From assembly GCA_022425195.1 (NCBI GenBank), contig JAKMFX010000016.1, forward strand, positions 11,831 to 75,830: a DNA stretch of 64,000 bases, read 5' to 3'. The position numbers were made by a program, and so were the translations under genes. The stretch comes from Flavobacteriales bacterium. Lineage in GTDB: Bacteria > Bacteroidota > Bacteroidia > Flavobacteriales > UBA7430. Position 1 is the first letter of the stretch. Every line of letters begins with the position of its first letter. Shown piece after piece: positions 61,901-64,000 of this stretch. The notes below the pieces were generated by a model. The model was not told where the DNA came from. It saw nothing but the letters and a program-made list of their open reading frames with translations, and searched no databases.

Positions 61901-64000
61901 CAAGTCTTCCGCAACCGTTGACAATGGAAGGTGTGTAGTAAAGATTCTCGGCTGTGTAAACCCAAAGGCTTTAAATTACCATCCACAGGCGAATAAAAAT
62001 GACGGTTCTTGTATTGCTGAAATCGGTGGTTGTACAAATGCTTCGAGTCCTAATTATAATTCTTTAGCCAATGCTGATGATGGCTCATGTATTTCTCAGG
62101 TTTTCGGATGTTTGAACCCTAATGCAACCAACTTTGAAGCAAGTGCGAATAGTGATGATGGTTCATGTATCTTCCATACTTCTGGCTGTATGGACAACAC
62201 AGCTCTGAATTTCAATGCATCTGCCACGATAGATGATGAAAGCTGTATTGAGCCCGTATATGGCTGTATCTTTGATTACCCTTTTGTGACAAATTTCAAT
62301 GCCAGTGCCAATGTAAACATGATAAGCAGTTTAGATGCGAATGATCCCTGTCAGTACAGTTTTGGAGCCAGAAAGCGTTCATTAACAAAAGTATGTGTTG
62401 ATACGTCTGCACTGAATTATTTTGCTGCCGCTGATGAGAATTCTGACCTTTACGAAAGCTCTGTAGCATCAAATGTACTTATTGACAATTCGACCTGTGA
62501 TTATGGCCATGGCTGTACAGATCCTTCGGCATTTAATTTTGATGCCAATGCAATTACAGATGACGGTTCCTGTCAGGCTGTCATTGTCGGCTGTATGGAT
62601 ACGAATTATATTGAATACAATCCCCAGGCAAATACCTCTAATTTTGGTTTATGTTTAACGATTAAAGTCTCGGGTTGTACCGATATCAACTCATTTAATT
62701 ACGACGAAACTGCTAATTTTAATGATGAATCGTGTGTTTCTTTTGTTTTCGGTTGTATGGATTCGTCATATCTAGAATACGATTCATCAGCAAATACCAG
62801 CGATGTTTCCCTATGTGTAAGCCAGATAGTAACAGGTTGTACAGACATTAATGCTGTAAGTTATTCAATTACTGCCAATGTGGATGATGGTAGCTGTGTG
62901 TCTGCTGTTTATGGTTGTATAGATACTAACTATTTGGAGTACGATTCACTCGCAAACGTTCACCAATTGGATTTATGTACGAGTCTTAAAATTGAAGGCT
63001 GTACGGATATCGCTTATCTCGAATACTTAACCATTGCATCATGGGATGATGGAAGCTGTATCACTCCAATAGTATACGGTTGTTCACAAGCCAATTATTT
63101 AGAATACGATTCATCAGTAAATACCGATGATGGTTCCTGTTTAAATTTAAGTTCAGAAGGTTGTACAGAGATTAATGCATGGAATTATGACGATTCAGCA
63201 AGTTTAGATGACGGCTCTTGTGTTGATGTGGTTTATGGTTGTATCTCTGCTTTTGCCTCTAATTATGATGAGTCTGCCAACACAGACAATGGTTCATGTA
63301 TTCCCGTGCTAGAAGGTTGTACGGATACGCTTGCGACGAATTACAATATTTTAGCCAATAGCAATGTAGGTTGTATATATCCTATTGAGGGTTGTACAGA
63401 TTTTACCGCTGTAAACTACAATCATTTGGCGAATGTAAATGATGGTACTTGTGAATATTACACTTCTGGATGTACAGATGAAGCGTACCTTGAGTATGAT
63501 CCAAATGCCTTGTATGCAGATGGCTCATGTGAAACATTGATCGTATTGGGTTGTACAAATTCATCATTCATTGAGTTTGATCCTTACGCCAATGAAGATG
63601 ATGGTACTTGTATTACAGTTAGGGTAGAGGGGTGTATGATTCAAAGTGCAGACAATTACTATAATAGAGCAAATGATGACGATGGTTCTTGTTTGTTTGT
63701 GTCTGAAAATGATACTACAGCAGACGTTAACAGTTTTATTAGTGATTTGAATAATCAAGTTCAAGATTGTGCGTCAACACTTGACCCTGTCTATATTGAT
63801 CTTCTCGCCGGATGGAACACCATTGGTTATACGCTGAGAGAACCTCAAGATGTGGTCGAAACACTAGCGTCTATTGTTGATAAAATTAAAATTATCAAAA
63901 ACAATGCTGGAGAGTTTTACTGGCCAGAAATGGGAACCTTTAACCAGATAGGTTCGTTTAAATCTGGACAAGGGTATCTCATTAAAATGAATGAAGCTGA
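58980..64000 (+). CDS. Giant secreted Cys-repeat protein, 5' partial in window (over 1673 codons, continues past nt 64000)
   Basis: From ATG 58980, frame 3 has no stop to the window end; I translated it codon by codon from 61251 on and in sections before that. Signal peptide MKYFTPSIKAWFQLSLLFFSLVSNAQ. The protein has two NTG...WGDD modules, about 47 GC[TM]D..A.NY...AN.DDGSC repeats, and the start of a GWNTIGY...FYWP...GQGY module at the window edge. It is not in the ORF track because it has no stop in the window. Confidence 0.85.
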   Translation, partial: MKYFTPSIKAWFQLSLLFFSLVSNAQDCDLDFSYTNTGSNMIIMVNGDALQNEVLGQGDFLGAFIYLDDVWQCVGSIEWNGAQQTLAVWGNDTGSGVQDGMMATEPVVLKAKSNGVIYDVSYDPEITFEVNGIEVLNSALSFVPLCDDQGNVYGCTSNSYEEYNPEATLDDGSCSTLGVVNGCTIANYVEYNPQATVYDGSCQTLAVWGCMNADYIEFDANANVSDGSCTTLIVSGCTNTNYIEFSAAANSDDGSCSNYKIEGCTDSNFLEFSVTANTDDGSCVTAAILGCMNPLYLEYDSNVNKDNGSCATFIIYGCMDNEAYNFDPQATVSDDSCIAAIYGCTNSNFAEYNSEANTNDGSCVTALLVGCTDIFSLNYNPMAEVDDGSCVSVVFGCTETTAFNFDASANLNDGSCIAKAYGCMDSNAYNYDSQANIDDNSCVAKINGCMNPLYMEYNAVANTDPGMCHILLVYGCMNSKASNYLEDASIDDGSCYFNGCMDVSAINYESYATRNDGSCLYINPCDLPSQYTGNTGSNMIVGFIQSAIASLPITNDQAYIVALSSDHRVVGSVQMDDFDGTIAVWGDDTATPEIDGARSFTSVRLQLVNSNVLYDIMVDDITYTNNDIVLFQSADYQIVNCGNDMGCTDSTAVNYDPLAEVDDNSCVYPVYGCTDPYAFNFNPLAVINEVSKEDDTDPCAPVIKGCTDSSAFNFDNSANTDDGSCIPVLLGCTDQTAANYHPHANIDDGSCEAQIVYCNNPIALNYNPSPDEETNKGNGNGNGNNNGNGNGFSGSNAGGNNGCIYGISGCTNENAINYNPEAVVDKGNCVVLISGCNKPNAINYNPEANKNDGSCIKRVRGCMDENAVNYNPNANEDKGNCRLRVLGCINPKALNYNPDANKNDGSCERIRSGCMDSDAINYKSNANVDDGTCIEVIHGCMNPNALNYHPEANKNDGSCQRAIKGCTNPLAINYKSSATVDNGRCVVKILGCVNPKALNYHPQANKNDGSCIAEIGGCTNASSPNYNSLANADDGSCISQVFGCLNPNATNFEASANSDDGSCIFHTSGCMDNTALNFNASATIDDESCIEPVYGCIFDYPFVTNFNASANVNMISSLDANDPCQYSFGARKRSLTKVCVDTSALNYFAAADENSDLYESSVASNVLIDNSTCDYGHGCTDPSAFNFDANAITDDGSCQAVIVGCMDTNYIEYNPQANTSNFGLCLTIKVSGCTDINSFNYDETANFNDESCVSFVFGCMDSSYLEYDSSANTSDVSLCVSQIVTGCTDINAVSYSITANVDDGSCVSAVYGCIDTNYLEYDSLANVHQLDLCTSLKIEGCTDIAYLEYLTIASWDDGSCITPIVYGCSQANYLEYDSSVNTDDGSCLNLSSEGCTEINAWNYDDSASLDDGSCVDVVYGCISAFASNYDESANTDNGSCIPVLEGCTDTLATNYNILANSNVGCIYPIEGCTDFTAVNYNHLANVNDGTCEYYTSGCTDEAYLEYDPNALYADGSCETLIVLGCTNSSFIEFDPYANEDDGTCITVRVEGCMIQSADNYYNRANDDDGSCLFVSENDTTADVNSFISDLNNQVQDCASTLDPVYIDLLAGWNTIGYTLREPQDVVETLASIVDKIKIIKNNAGEFYWPEMGTFNQIGSFKSGQGYLIKMNEA
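59439..60545 (+). repeat. Cys-repeat array 1 of giant ORF (14 units of 72-93 nt, mostly 78-84)
   Basis: Units start with GG(T/A/C)TGT(A/T).. codons (G-C-T/M), for example at 59439, 59523, 59604 and 59685. Confidence 0.85.
60915..63700 (+). repeat. Cys-repeat array 2 of giant ORF (about 33 units)
   Basis: Twelve consecutive units keep an exact 78-nt phase from 61404 to 62339, with starts at 61404, 61482, 61560, 61638, 61716, 61794, 61872, 61950, 62028, 62106, 62184 and 62262. Confidence 0.85.

Noticed and set aside
59439-63700. Regular 78-nt periodicity considered as a possible CRISPR-like or noncoding satellite array
   Set aside because: The units are contiguous with no unique spacers. They keep one open reading frame for about 5 kb and are conserved at the protein rather than the DNA level.

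Overview
This 64 kb chromosomal window comes from an AT-rich Bacteroidota genome, probably Flavobacteriia-like. The lineage call rests on TAnnTTTG -7 promoter boxes, the absence of Shine-Dalgarno sites, T9SS C-terminal sorting domains and a tmRNA tag GESNYALAA. Most of the window is housekeeping: tmRNA, RNase P RNA, dapF, mltG, ilvE, topB, bshA, a complete eight-gene arginine operon (GNAT-argG-argC-argD-argF'-argB-argE-argH), tsaD, a tamB-like gene, coaE, tsaC and fsa. I found no transposase, integrase, CRISPR array or tRNA. Three things stand out. (1) A family of T9SS-secreted modular proteins is scattered through 41-64 kb. It ends in a giant ORF (58980 to beyond the window end, over 1670 codons) that the ORF track omits because it has no stop in the window. 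That ORF carries about 47 tandem 26-aa two-cysteine repeats (GC[TM]D..A.NY...AN.DDGSC), and the family also shares two unnamed domains. (2) Three tandem small-RNA-like units lie at 2.25-2.89 kb. Each has its own TAnnTTTG box and intrinsic terminator, and all share a G7/G8-containing seed. (3) That seed is complementary to a C7 tract directly upstream of the start codon of the 984-aa family member at 55819. This suggests an sRNA to T9SS-cargo regulatory link. All product calls come from motif recognition by eye; no database search was possible.
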